64,000 bases of DNA. Origin: Takakia lepidozioides. Its lineage: Eukaryota; Plantae; Bryophyta. The notes beneath the pieces are model-generated. The model was given only the letters and a program-made list of their open reading frames with translations, ran no database searches and was not told where the DNA came from. The stretch is taken from contig CM060732.1 of NCBI GenBank assembly GCA_030704615.1, positions 69,564,001-69,628,000 on the forward strand, given 5' to 3'. The position numbers and the translations under genes are program-made. This document shows, in pieces, positions 13,361 to 25,900 of this stretch (its first letter is position 1; each line of letters begins with the position of its first letter).

Positions 13361-14523
13361 GGTTCTACCATACAGACTGAATCACTTTTGTCGATGAGAA
13401 ACAAAGGCAAATGGCACGTCTAACATACCTCTACTTGCTTCTTCGCAGCGCTCGAAGATGCATCTCCCGCCTGACTCCTCTCCTTCACTTCGTGTGGGAG
13501 GACAGGTCCCAGAAGATCGGGCTGGTGGGTGACAAAACCATGAAGAACATCCACCGGTGTCTCGTCCATTATGCGGACTACCTAAGACTGTTGTTGGAGG
13601 CGGGTCCATGGTTCCTTCTCTCCGCCCTCAGAAGATTGTAGCTTGTTGGGCTCCTCATCCACTGTGGCTAAATCCTCTGGAGACTGCCGCGCAACTGCTC
13701 CTCCGGCCTCTCCCTCTCTGGCCTCTGCCTCTCCCTCTCCCCCGGCCTCTCCCTCCACGGTGTCCTCCCCCAACATGAGTTTCCTTCGGATCTTTTTCAT
13801 TCTCTCCTTCATCCGTAGCCTTTGTTTGTTGGCTGTGAAGTACAGAGTTCGACAACGCCTTCTTCTAGCTCGAGAGGGGGTCTTGCTATCGACAGGATCC
13901 AGGATTGCAGCTATGGAGGAAAAAAGCGGTGCGAGAAAGAGAGAGTGCACTTGGCTCTTTCCCGCCCCTACTGCGCCAAGATGCCATCTTCGTGGAGAAG
14001 CGGCGGGGTGGCGTGGAGCATCTGCATGCAAGACACGTCGTCCCTGGACGGATCAGAGTCGCGCTAAAATAAGGTTGTATAAAATTAGCGTACGCGCCAA
14101 CTATCATCAACCGTACACAAATGGAATGGAATCAGTGGTGGTGTCTTGTCCACATCCCCTATTCATTCGGAATATTGACGGGTAAACAATTTCATCATAG
14201 CTGCTTTTCATCCACAATTATGACACATCACATCTTAAGATAGAATGAATGGGTGGTTGGACGGCGGGTGTATGTAAAAAACCGTTGGATACAGGCAGTT
14301 AATGATTACATAGGATACCTTGTTAGTTGGGTAATGTGGATGGATGAGGATAGATGGCCTGGTGTACATTCAACTGAAAACTGCTCATCTTGCAAGTCGT
14401 GCATCGGCGATGACATTGCTGTCTGGGCGCTTCGATTGTTGCTATCCACAGACGTACGGATCATTGCTCCAGTGCTGGCACACTTTGTTGGACACTGTAC
14501 CCGTACTCTTCTCTGTTCTGTGA

Positions 14524-14780
14524 ATGGCTCTCACAGGTGAGTTGGTAAAATTCTACTATGCTTACAAATCGCTCCCTCTCACCAAAAGTGCCAGACGCCA
14601 ATGGGATGGCAACCGTGGGAGAGGATGTTCTCTGTAGAAGCTTGGATCTACAAGTTGGAACTGTGCATGTGGAGAAAGAAGTGCATGACTCCGCTGGTAG
14701 GGTCGACAGTATGATGATTCTGGAACCATTCGTGTGCGATGACGTATTAGACAATGGAGAGTTCTAGCGGCCACTTACCG
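14524..14780 (+). pseudogene. N-terminal fragment of a sister-family MULE transposase
   Basis: VGEDVLCRSLDLQVGTVHVEKEVHDSAG matches VTEQYLCVKFGLRPGTVFLEEETKDAYG (12/28 identical) near the N-terminus of the 47033-50631 transposase. Frameshift and stop present. Confidence 0.65.
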
Positions 14781-14924
14781 CGTGCACGGGGATCAACGAC
14801 GTTTGTCTGCAGGTTCAACACTCACACCAGGAACTGCCGCTTCGGTGGCTCCAACCTTCACACCTGCTACAATTTTTTTTTAAAACACCAACACTTCGAC
14901 GGCTTTTGTCGATCTCTCGGAGAG

Positions 14925-15928
14925 TGTCGAACGGCTTTTACTCACCCATCCCTTCGCTATCCGAGGTGGAAACTCCAAGATAGAAGAGTTGGATATCTCT
15001 AAGCACTCAGCCCGCATAGTACAATCAGTCATGACCTGCAGCTAGTGAATCATGGTTGTGCTTCCCATTTGTATTCCTTCTTGCCTTCATGTTATCAATT
15101 TACCTTATCTGATACTGAAGCATCAGATTGCTTCAGTATCTTCTTAGTTCCAGTTAATCATGCATTCATTTCACAGCTTCACTCATGTCTCTCTACACAG
15201 TGTGCTTGTATCGAATAAGTATCAGATTACGATTTATCAGGTACTAGGCCAATGTCAAAGTGACTCTAATCTGTCCTACAGTATCACTACAGCTTTGCAT
15301 GAAATAAATCTCCATCAAGTCATCATCTCCTCTTCTGTGTAATCGTCATCCATGTGCTCCAAGATCGTGCCCTCCGTCTGACCTTTCCCCTGATGTCTAA
15401 GAAGTGATCCAAGAAGTGATCCCCCAGAAGTCCCCGCTCTTCGCTTTATCTACCTACAAGCTGTTCTAACCGCCTTGCTAACTAACCATCACCCCTGAAG
15501 TAACATATTCCCTCTGCAGATGTCGTTCCCTGTCCATGTTAACCGTTCCCCCTGTACTGTGACAACTGTGCAAAATTGCGTTGGGCTGTATGAAGCTGTG
15601 ACGGGCTGTGACTGGCTGTGTCAGGCTGTGTCGGGCTGTGACTGGCTGTGACTGGCTGTGACGGACTGTGACGGGCTGTGACGGCTGTGGCGGGCTGTGA
15701 CTGGCTGTGTCTGGCTGTGTCGGGCTGTATCGGGCTGTGTTGGCTATGGCCGCTGTGACTGGCTGTGTCGGGCTGTGTTGGCTGTGACGGCTGTGTCGGG
15801 CTGTGTAACCCCCCCCTAAAGCCTGCTGCTGTCACCCCTAAGGCTCCTGTTGGTCTCAGTCTGTATAAAAATTAAGGGTACCCCACAGAACCTGTAAAAG
15901 CGTTAAAGTCCCAAGCAGCCCTCTAATA
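14925..15928 (-). repeat. 3' LTR of truncated retroelement, including CACAGCC 10-bp microsatellite (~15585-15805)
   Basis: Reverse complement starts tattagagg and ends ttcgaca, matching the LTR termini at 35042 and 35999; adjacent to a PPT. Confidence 0.88.
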
Positions 15929-17301
15929 TTTACCCCTCCCCCCCTCAAAAAGCCGTGTCCTCACGGTTTACTGTTTAGGATTAGCAAACCTTTGTGATCG
16001 AACACCACAGTGAGAGTCTCGTGAAGGACTCTGTGTGCGAGCCCGAGTCTTGTCACTGGTTGACGGAGATGATTGAGCACTACCTGGAAATGTCTGACCC
16101 TCCTTTGGCTGGTATCGAGGTAACCTGTAGTATCAGAATCCTCGTCGCCCCTCAGGTGTTTTAACGGCCGAACTTTAAGTGGAATCCTCTGTGGCATACA
16201 ATGTTGTCCAACCATATCTGGAAGTTTAAATTGCACAACTTGTTGCAAGCGCTGGCACGCAAAATTAGTGAACGTCCTGAACTCCTTATCTGTACAGGTA
16301 AGAGGTGTGCCAATGACTTGGGAACAGTGCAAGTATTTCCATGCCTCATGTCCCTTAAAGAAAATATCGTCAGGGCCGAATTTATGTGTTGTCAAATTGT
16401 TCCGAATGAAACCATGAACGAAGTTGGGAATCCTTCTGCATCATAACTTTTGCATCATATAGGTACATATGAGGTGGCACTGAAGGTAAGACCCAATGAT
16501 CCCCACTGGAATAACTTAGAAATCGCGATTGCATCTTTTGCTGCTCAATGTGATAACGTGCCAGAAAACAAGCAGCATAGTATAATCCACAGCCCATGAT
16601 AAATACTTGGAGGTTTACTATTTCATGAGCGCATGAGCCCATGAGCCTATGAGCCTATGAGCTCATGAGCGGGCATCGGCGGAATTGGAATTTTCCTGCC
16701 TTTATTGACGGTGTTATGTCCTCTTACCTCGGTAATAGGGTCTGTTTCTCCTGGTCCAGGATGCGGAATGAGGTATTTCGGTGCCGTTATTCCCAAGAGC
16801 AGTGTGCTAAAATGGTGTTTTGAAGACATCCACCGGGGTATTTCGGCACCGAAATTACCTCTTAAAATGTGATATAGTGCGGTATTTAATGGCGCAGAAC
16901 GGGCTATATGGGCGCCGAAATACCCAAGTGGAATGTGCTAAAGTGCCTTGTGTTGAAGGCTTCCATCGCGATATTTTGGTACAGTAATTCATCCGTGGAA
17001 TTTTTGAGGCCCATATAACGAAGGCGCGCATTGGGCTATTTCGGCGCCAAATTTCCCAATAGGAATGTTAGAAACGGCAGGGTTTTCATGGCTTCAAGTT
17101 CTCGGCTCGATGGTGTGCATAAATTACTTGTAGGGTTCTTCACTGAAGTTTGCGTCTCTTCTGCTTTTATTATACATTTTGGTTGGCGGAAGAAATGTAG
17201 GGAATCGGACAAGCAGTCTGAACACAATGATTTTTCAAATCGTCAATATATTCATTAAGTGTTTCAGAACTGTACAACAAAAGGATCCAAATGAGACTTT
17301 G

Positions 17302-18956
17302 CTATGGTGAGGATCCGCTATCACTGTCCGATGCATCCCCGGCCTCATGCAAGGATGGCTGCCTTCCACCTGCCTCCGAACCTGCACTGCCGCTACCGCT
17401 GTTACTCTGAGAAGCCCTCCCCTCAAAAATACCATCCTCACCAGCCGGAACTGTCCACCTGGGTGCGGAAGTGTCCTCAACATTCCCCTCGTTCTCGGAC
17501 GCGGATTCTATTACGAACTTCCCTACTCTGCCTTTCACAATTCTATGTTTGGCCTCACGCCTCATTATAATTCTCTGCTCATTCCCGTATGTCAATTGCT
17601 CTAACCGAGTAGGCCTATCCTCCCTCCTGATGGCTTCTCTGGCAGCCGTGTCTGCATAGGCTGGTAGAAAAAAAGGCTTCTGGGGACTCGCGAGAAACGA
17701 TTTTCTGGCAAAGAATGGCCGATGCGATTCTGTCTCCTCCTCTGCAACAGGGTCCGATTCGGGCAAGTCTCACAGCTTCTCCTCGTCGGACGACTCTGCA
17801 AGGCTGAGTGTACGCACAAACATAGAATGAAGTACTTTAGAGAATTCAAACAGGGAATCATCGGCAGGTTGCATGGTCCCTACAACCGAAACCAATACAC
17901 TTACTATGGTGCAACTCACTCGAAGACAGGCATTGGGGGAAGCGGCTTCGGGCGCCCCTGCATCGAACGAATTTCCTGGACTTCCTCCTCTTCATCTTCC
18001 TCCTCCCCTTCCACGTCATCTTCTGCGTTTTTGGGATCCTCAGTTGGAGGTAAACGCTGAAGGCCCGCCAAATTGTAATCGTATAAGGCCGTATCCCCCT
18101 CAAATGAGAACACAAATCGGTTCGACATCCTTCCCGCCCACATACAGGCACCTGCAAATTCATACGACACAACCACAACCAAACTCAAGAATGAGTCGCT
18201 TCCTCGCACAAGCAAACATACACAAACAGAAATGGTGTCAATTTCGGTGCCGCATTCAATTAACGTTCTCACCTATATTTGCAGTGACGTCGAGGACCCT
18301 GCCTTCAACATCCGTACATGTTTCCATGAGCGTCTGGATGAATGCAGGACTCCTGGTCCTGCCATACCTCCATGGCTTGCCCGACAAATCACAAAGAATG
18401 TCCTTCTCTCCCACATGGTTGAACAGAACGTTATACTCCAGTGGATCAACTGTGGAATCAACAAGTCTTCCTGCTTCACGTAATTTGAATTTCGAATGTT
18501 CCTTCACGAAGCAAAATGCCTGAAAGATAAGAGTCTGCAGAGAAGGAAATGTCTTGGAGGTTTTGCTCCTCCGCAAGCTCCAGCAGGTTCTGATCGTCGC
18601 CAAGTCGTACCACGTTGTCGTCCTCTCCTTCTGTCAGCTCAATGGGCCGCCCTTCTGCAGATCCAACTCCCACATCTCCAGCAGCCTCCACCGCATCCGT
18701 GTTTTTTGAAATTGACTGCAAACCCAATATCTCCGCTTCCAGTCTCCCTAGGGGTTTTACTGGCAAAGCCATGGGCTCCTTCTGCTTCCTCGGCTTCCGA
18801 ACTCTAGGTGGGCTTTTCTGAGGCGATATCTGAGGTGTTGAATGAGGACTCGCCTGCCTCGATGCACTTCCACCTTGTGAGCGCAGCACCCGGGCAGGAG
18901 TATCCAAAGTTGACTGTGTTGCCTCGCCCCCCTGCGATCCCTCCCCAGCTCTCATT
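17302..18956 (-). pseudogene. Remnant of ParB-MTase gene (5' exon fused to MTase 3' exons)
   Basis: Retains TLIFQAFCF...VLDVTANIG|ACMWAGRMSNRFVFSFEGD; the ParB core and DIPD motif are deleted. Confidence 0.85.
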
Positions 18957-21131
18957 TCAAACAAACAGGAAAACATGAGACACTGCACGCAAAAAAAAAG
19001 GTGTAAAAGGAATATTGTGTATGGAGTGCTTCACATCCGCAAAGCACGAATCTCTCACTGGTGGGCGATCCGAGTCTCCGGATAACGAGGTCTGCATTTC
19101 ATGCATGAGAGCTTAAGTCGTGTCGTCGGCGGCTTCCCAAAATCCCGCGTCCTCCTTCTCTTTGCCGGAGTCGCCTGACCTTCCACAAACTCTATGCTAC
19201 CACTATGCCGCATAAGGAGAGGAAACGCAGGAGAATGTCACTGCAGAAGGGCAAGGAGCGAGAGAGCGAAGCGGTGGAACATGCAACCACTATGCACGAG
19301 CAGATGTGTAAGCAGCCACGTCTCCCGAAGCGTTGCCACCGTCCACCACTTTCTGCCGTATGGGTGATGAAGAGATTGTGACCCCTGACACGTTCGCACG
19401 GATGAAGTCAACTGGAACACGACGCGTGCCAGTTCCAGCCACCAGTACAAGACGGTTTATCCGAATTGCGGCACCGAAATACCTTCCGTTCACCGGATGC
19501 TGTTCCCGGAGCAGCCGACATTGAATGAAATATCCGCACATAATGAAACCCAACCGCCATGAAAATCCCCTGCCTTTGACATTCAACAGTCAGGTCGGTA
19601 CGTTTCATCAGCGGACGGATGAATTTCGGCGCCGAAATTCATCATATTCAAGTGCTTTCATACACAAACTTACAAATTTCGGCGCCGCAATTCATCGCTT
19701 CCCAAGTCCTCATTCGTCATGAGCAAACCTGTCAGTGGGATATCGGAGCCGGAATTAATTCCGGGACAGTGGAAACGGCTGCACTTGGGCACATTTCATC
19801 CATATTTCGGCGCCGAAATTCATTACGAATATCTCCGTCCGCGCGTAGACGAGGTGAAATCATCCATATTTTGGCGCCGAAATTCATCCAGAGCGAAGAC
19901 TAAATCTGCACCATGCTATGCTTTGCCGCCATCATTGCCCCTGACGGATGTTGTCCATGTCTGTTGGACTTGCCATTTCTGGACATTTAACTATAATCTC
20001 GGCGCCGAAATTATACTTTATGTGCGGCAACGTCCCGTGCGAAAAAGACCACTTAATGGATACTGTCGGTTTCAAATGAAAAAAACGGTTAAAATGCAAT
20101 TAATTTTGACAGAAGGGGTTCAATATGCCGATTTCTCCATTAAATGCAGAATATTCATGTTATCTTCGTCGGAACGGGGTATTTCCAACGATTTACGGAA
20201 AATTATATCATCCAGAAGCAAAAAGTAAATGTCGGGTTTGGACGAATTTCGGCGCCGAAATTCATCTATTTCAAAGAAAAATAAATATTGGAGGGAGGGC
20301 ATTGGATGAATTTCGGCGCCGAAATCCGGTGCTCAAACCCTGAAAAGAATTTGGAGGGATGAAGTCGGTTGAATTTCGGCGCCGAAATTCATTGCTCGCG
20401 AAGAAAAAAGAAAATTAGAAGGGAGTACTTGGATGAGATTCGGCGCCGAAGTTCATCTGTCGCAAAAAAAAAAAAAAACACTTCAGATGAATTTCGGCAC
20501 CGAAATCCATCCGCAGGGTAGCAGAATTAGGGTCGGAAAAGGAGATGAAGAATGAATTTCGGCGCTGAAATACATCCATTCTGCCGATTCAGGATTACTG
20601 TCATTCGGATGTCGGCACCGATATCCGGACACGTGGTGAATCACGACTGTAATGAGGAACACATTCATCCGTATTTTGGCATCCAAATTCAACCCTCATG
20701 TGCAGAAACAATTTGATGAAGAAGATGTTCATCCGAATTTCGGCACCGAAATCCATCCGTTGGGTGCTTGGTCAGTTTCATGAGGTGAACAAATTACTAT
20801 TTCTGTCGCCGGAATTCATCCCCTGGCTTCCAAAGTTGTTACATGACAGAGATGTTCATCCAGATTTCGGTGCCGAAATTCATGGGAAGGCCTGATTTAT
20901 TGTAGCCCAAGTGATTGTACATTACAATTCAGGCACCAAATATCCGATGTGAATTTGCTGTTGTCGTTTGTTTTTGTAACGTACGTTACACACCTTCATC
21001 TTTACGTGCACTGATCACCCATCCTGTTGGATACGGAATCCTCCAGAAAATCATTTGTGTTATTAGGTAGGACACACTCTTCTCACTGCAGGACTTTGCT
21101 GCGGAGCGTACCGAGAGGTCCCGTCTTCAAC

Positions 21132-21678
21132 ATGGACTCCCGTGTTTGGGTAAACGTGTACTTCCATCCTGATTCTCTGAAAGCTAAAATACGTTCCACG
21201 AAATCCAATTCCCAGTCGTCATCCTCCTCCCACGAGAAGCTCTTCGCCCCGCATACCGGTGGGTGACCCCGCAGCTTGGCCCACCCATCGGTGGGGGAAA
21301 CTGAAAAGACGGCGGCCACCAACAAAGGCGAACGACACCAGGATGGCCAACGCTCTTGCAATGCCCTGCATAGTGCAAGGTTGCAGGGATGTTCCTCACC
21401 CCGGGATGGGGCGCATATTTCAGTTGTCAACAGCCGGGTCTGCTGCGCGCAGTGTCGTGTATACAATCACGGTTTCACAGTACCCAGCTTGCAACTGTGA
21501 GGACTTCCTTGTTATGGAATTGAAGAATGCAGCATACGTCCCCTGCAAACACCTTTATTACATTTTTCTGAAGCGCATGAGTTGCATATCCGAAGTGGAC
21601 GTCTTCATCCATGCTCCAACACTGAGTTTCAACGAGCTGCACAAGGCCCTACGGCAGGATACTGGTCGGACTGCTTGA
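21132..21678 (+). pseudogene. Deleted MULE transposase: N-terminus joined to SWIM zinc-finger C-terminus
   Basis: MDSRVWVNVYFHPDSLKAK joined at ~21192 to ...CNCEDF...CKHLYYIF. Confidence 0.85.
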
Positions 21679-22133
21679 CATTCCACATTCGGGAAGGAGA
21701 AAGTGGCAATTATATTACATTCATCTTCTTGCACCCTATTTTTTTGTGAGGAATTATACACTTGGTGGTGCCGCATCGCCATGGCTACATGTGAATTTCG
21801 GTGCCGCAATACATGAGAATGTGGTTTTTGGCCATGAATGGCATGCACATGCTTTTTTTATTTTGGTTGTCTACAAATGGATCCGAGTAAAGCATATATT
21901 GTGTGGAGATTAACGGGCATTGAGGCCTATTTCAGCACCGTTTATGGTCTGTGTACTGCATAGTGCTTCCTTGTTACTGCTCTTCATTCAATTTGTAGTG
22001 ATTTCGCAGCCCATCCTGCCGTTTTCGTCCACCTTTATGAGAAGACTCCAATTTGCTACAAATACATTGTTACTGTTCTGCAAATGTGATGCCTTTACAA
22101 GATTGCTAGTTCTGTATCCCAGTGGGAAGGGTC

Positions 22134-22913
22134 CTACTGCACATTCCAGCATTTGCATACTGCACCTTGTGCAAACAACAATCCATACGACAAAGGACAC
22201 GTCCCAGCATACTGGCAGTGAATTGCAAAAAACCTTAACAGAAGATTATCCAAGCATGTATATTCCCCATATGGCACAGGGAAGCTGCTTGATTTCTGAA
22301 TGAAAATGTATGTGCCATGAGTGTCGGCGAGTCGAAACATGTCTACTCTAGCATGCAAGACCTATGGTCCCCTCGCCCAAGAAGAAGGAACTCTAACTGG
22401 CCTCTCAAGGACCTCCTGAGTGACTGGGTGCCTATATTTGAACAAAATGTCAGTGGTTTCTATCGCCCGATTGAAACTAACGAGGATGTCGTGTTTATCG
22501 ATAGCGCCCCCTTGGTAGAAGGACATTTCCACAGTGGGCCCTGTGTTCCCCTCCTCCTCATCCTCATAACTGAAGAGAATGTCCCCACTTTCCGAGCCAG
22601 TCCGTCCACGCATAAAGTTTTCACCTATGCACTCATCATATGTCCACTCGCAACAATTCCAGCGATACAGCAATGCCGTGCGTGATCTGTTCGGCTCCCA
22701 CTCATGCGGAAAGTCCAGGTCCATGATGCGTAGGAGCCACCTGCTCCCCAGCCGGGGTCCAGGAGAATCGTGCAATCCTGGAAGAAACTCCATTGCTCTC
22801 AGCTGGACAAGTCGAGGATCGTCCCTGTAAACATCCAGGAAAACAATGATGTCGTCTGCTTTCGGGAAAATGACTCCCGTCTGGCGTCGATAGATGTGAT
22901 TCGGGCACGACAT
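22134..22913 (-). CDS. MULE third ORF, unknown function (copy 1)
   Basis: ORF conserved with 46025-46804; same in-frame TAG in both copies. Confidence 0.5.
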
Positions 22914-25900
22914 GGCCTCACGACATAGCACGAACTCAAAGCAGGGAGGAGATGGGCACAACAGAGAAGAGTGAAGAGCAAAATGAGAGCAAGGCCTCCC
23001 TTACCGTAAGGCGGGTATTTGCTCTCCGGAGCCCATTTTCGGCGCCGTTATTGGATGGAGTGCGGAAGCTTCAGCCGAGAATTTTGTTTCCGCAGGTCAA
23101 TTTCGGCGCCATTATTGGTTGCAATCCCTAGCCTTCAGCCGGGTATTTGGTTTCCGGACCCAATTTTGGCGCCGTTATCGGCTACACTCCGGTGGCTTCA
23201 GCCGAGTATTTGGTTTTCGGGGCCCATTTCGGTGCCATTATCGCCTGCACTCCGGAGGATGCAGCCGGGTATTTGGTTGGTGGAGCCCAATTACTTTCAC
23301 CATTGTTGGCTTCACTCCCGAGCCTTCAGCCGGCTATTTCTTTTCCTGTGCCCAATTACGGCGTCGTTATACCCAACCATCATGCACTTCTGCAACAGTA
23401 CTATCCACGGTTATAGGTCGCCATTGCGTTTTCGGAGTCTGCAAACCCGGATCCTAATTCCGCTTGCGTCTCTGCCTCTGGGATAATTTCGGTGTCGTTA
23501 TTGCCTAGAATTCAGTTTTTCTATGACCTGGCCTAGTGGTCCATGAGCCTGGGCTCCAAGTCATGAGCGTACACTGGTACTCATGAGCGGAGTGCTTCCA
23601 GCATGAGCGCGGAAATCTTCGATTTTTTATTATTTTATAGTTTTGGGCCCGAAAAAAATCTGCCGAAATTCGAAGTGTGTTATTTTGCGGCTCATGGGTG
23701 AGCCATGCCCGCTCATGAGCTCATGAGCTCATGGAATAGCAACCCCCCAATACTTGCTACCTCCTTGGTCTTGGTATAAATGTACCCATAGACAACTTGG
23801 AAGGCAATTAATTCCTTTAACATGGTACTTGCTTCAGACCAGTACCTCGCAAAGTGATGATCCTCAATGGGTCGATTGTTCGGAAGAACCTTAGTACTAG
23901 TTGCCACTGGCAGCCAAATGCGCATGATCTGGTAGTAATGTGCCAACGACTGCGGAGGACTAAATTCCTTCCAAGCCAAATCCAACACAATGGGAATTTG
24001 GTTGAAGGGCATAATCATAGCCCGACTGTACTCTCGTGCAGCAGGAGTCTTAGGTGGGTTAAAAGCAGCATCCCCCCATACCTCAGGCTGTGGTGTGGCT
24101 GTAGTAACAACAGGGTCAGCTACCTGCACAGTTACTTGTTGTGGTATTGGTAGCACTAGCCCTTCTACTACTGGCATCTCCTACACCCCTTGCGAAGAAG
24201 ACTAAAAAATTAGAGTTCTGGGTTGTAAATAAGTAGCCATCAACTGCTCCTTAGGTACAAAGACTCTCTTGTCAATATTTGAACTCAGGTCATCCACCTG
24301 AGTCTGCAGGCCTTCTACATCCTCCTGTAGCTCCGCTATCCTACTATAGACATTGTCTATAGTAGTTGTGGCAATATTCTGCACCTGCAGCCTGAGCTCA
24401 TTCATCTTGCCCTGGGTGAGCTTCCGTGGTGCTTTGCCTTCCACCGGCCCTTGTGCTAACCAGACCTGCATAAGGTGGTTATCCACCAACTTGCGTGTGG
24501 GACCCCTGAGAGTCTGCTCCTCTGTGAGCCTGTACACATCTAACTGCTGCTGTAAAGCCTCCAAGCGCTTTGCATGAGGTTCAACCAAACTCGCATAGGC
24601 AGCAGCCAGATTATTGGCTTCCTTCCGAGCCTTGTTAGCCACAGAGAATTCATTTCTATTCACCATGACCGTTTGTTGCAACTCCAGGATGTACCTCTCT
24701 TGGTCAGCTTCAACTTGTCTGTATTGCTTGAAAGTATTCTCATTGCGACAGATTGTATTCTTCATATCAACAATGAGTTTTGCCTGCTCGACTGTCTCTG
24801 CCTCTGCCTTCATACATCTCTCCCCTTGTCTGTTAACTTCTAATGCAGTTTGCTCAAGAGTAGTTGTGAGTGTAGCACATTGTATGGTCATCCTCTCATG
24901 AACTGCCTGCAACTCTGTATGTAGTGCATTCACTTCTTGCAACTTGTCCTCATGCTTCACCTGCATTTGGTATAACTGTTGTTTATGTGCTTCGTGCAAC
25001 TGGTCCTGCGCAAGGCCTGCTTCAATCAAATGTTCCTTGGCCAACTGCAAAGCAGCTTTTGTATCCTCTAACTCTTGCTGTAACTTGAGATTGACCTCCT
25101 CATCGACCTTGTTTGCACACTCAGTGGCAAGTCAAGCCTCAAACTCCTTCCTGAGTTCCTCCCTCAAAGCTGCCAATTGGGTAGATGGAACATGGGATTT
25201 CACATAAGTGCCCAACAAATTAAGTGTCCTGCTTATGGAACTCATAAGCATGGCCTACTGAGGATCATCATGGTGAGCTTGCTGCTGTTCTCCCTGATCC
25301 TCAACAGTGTGATGCTTCACGAACCATTCAGGCCATTGCCCCACCAGATTTTCTTCCTGAACCACCTCATCCGCCACAGGTGCTGCAGTGTCTTGATATT
25401 CTACCCCCGGTACCTCTGTCACAGGTGTGGGTATTACATGCACAGCAGGGTTTCCCCTGGACAACCGCTGCACCTTTGGAATCACTGTTTCCCTTACCAA
25501 GCCAGAATTTTCATAGAGAAGGTCACCCTTCTCAATTTCGGCCACGACCTGCTCTGTAGTAGGAATGTCCAACCTTTCTCCTTCCAGAGCAATTGGGGGT
25601 GATGCCACAGCATATACTAACTGTGGAACCTCTAAAACAACAGAGTCAATTGGTTGTGGTGGCTGTGGTATCGAAGTGACTTCCTCTTCCCTCTCTGAAG
25701 GCCCTGCTTCCAATAATAGCAGCTCTTTGTGCTGCTGTGCCCCATCCTGCACAAGAGCTTGGGAAACATTATCGTGCGGTTTCCGTGAAGCCAGTGGATC
25801 CGCCACTACAGTCATACCCTGCCTCTATCTCTTAGACTGGTGTTGCGCTGCCAGTCCACCCTCACTGTATGAAGAGCCTTGCTCTTCAATTGCAGTGGTT

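Larger units (their letters stand above)
12081..14924. mobile_element. Relic of a diverged MULE family (head-to-head ParB-like gene and transposase)
   Basis: Homology of both fragments, same divergent arrangement as 45175-58867. Ends are lost to the CACTA end (left) and the LTR (right). Confidence 0.6.
16610..23748. mobile_element. Non-autonomous, internally deleted copy of the ParB-MTase MULE
   Basis: Termini GAGGTTTACTATTTCATGAGC / GCTCATGGAATAGCAACCCCCC; TSD aatacttg (16602-16609, 23749-23756). Highly similar in reverse to 45175-58867, with ~3 kb deletions at ~18550 (ParB-MTase gene) and ~21192 (transposase). Confidence 0.92.

Noticed and set aside
15539-15835. Repetitive short ORFs in LTRs and tandem repeats (also 35095-35358, 42610-43134, 61180-61443)
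   Set aside because: They are translations of 10-bp and 30-bp repeats, with no coding evidence.
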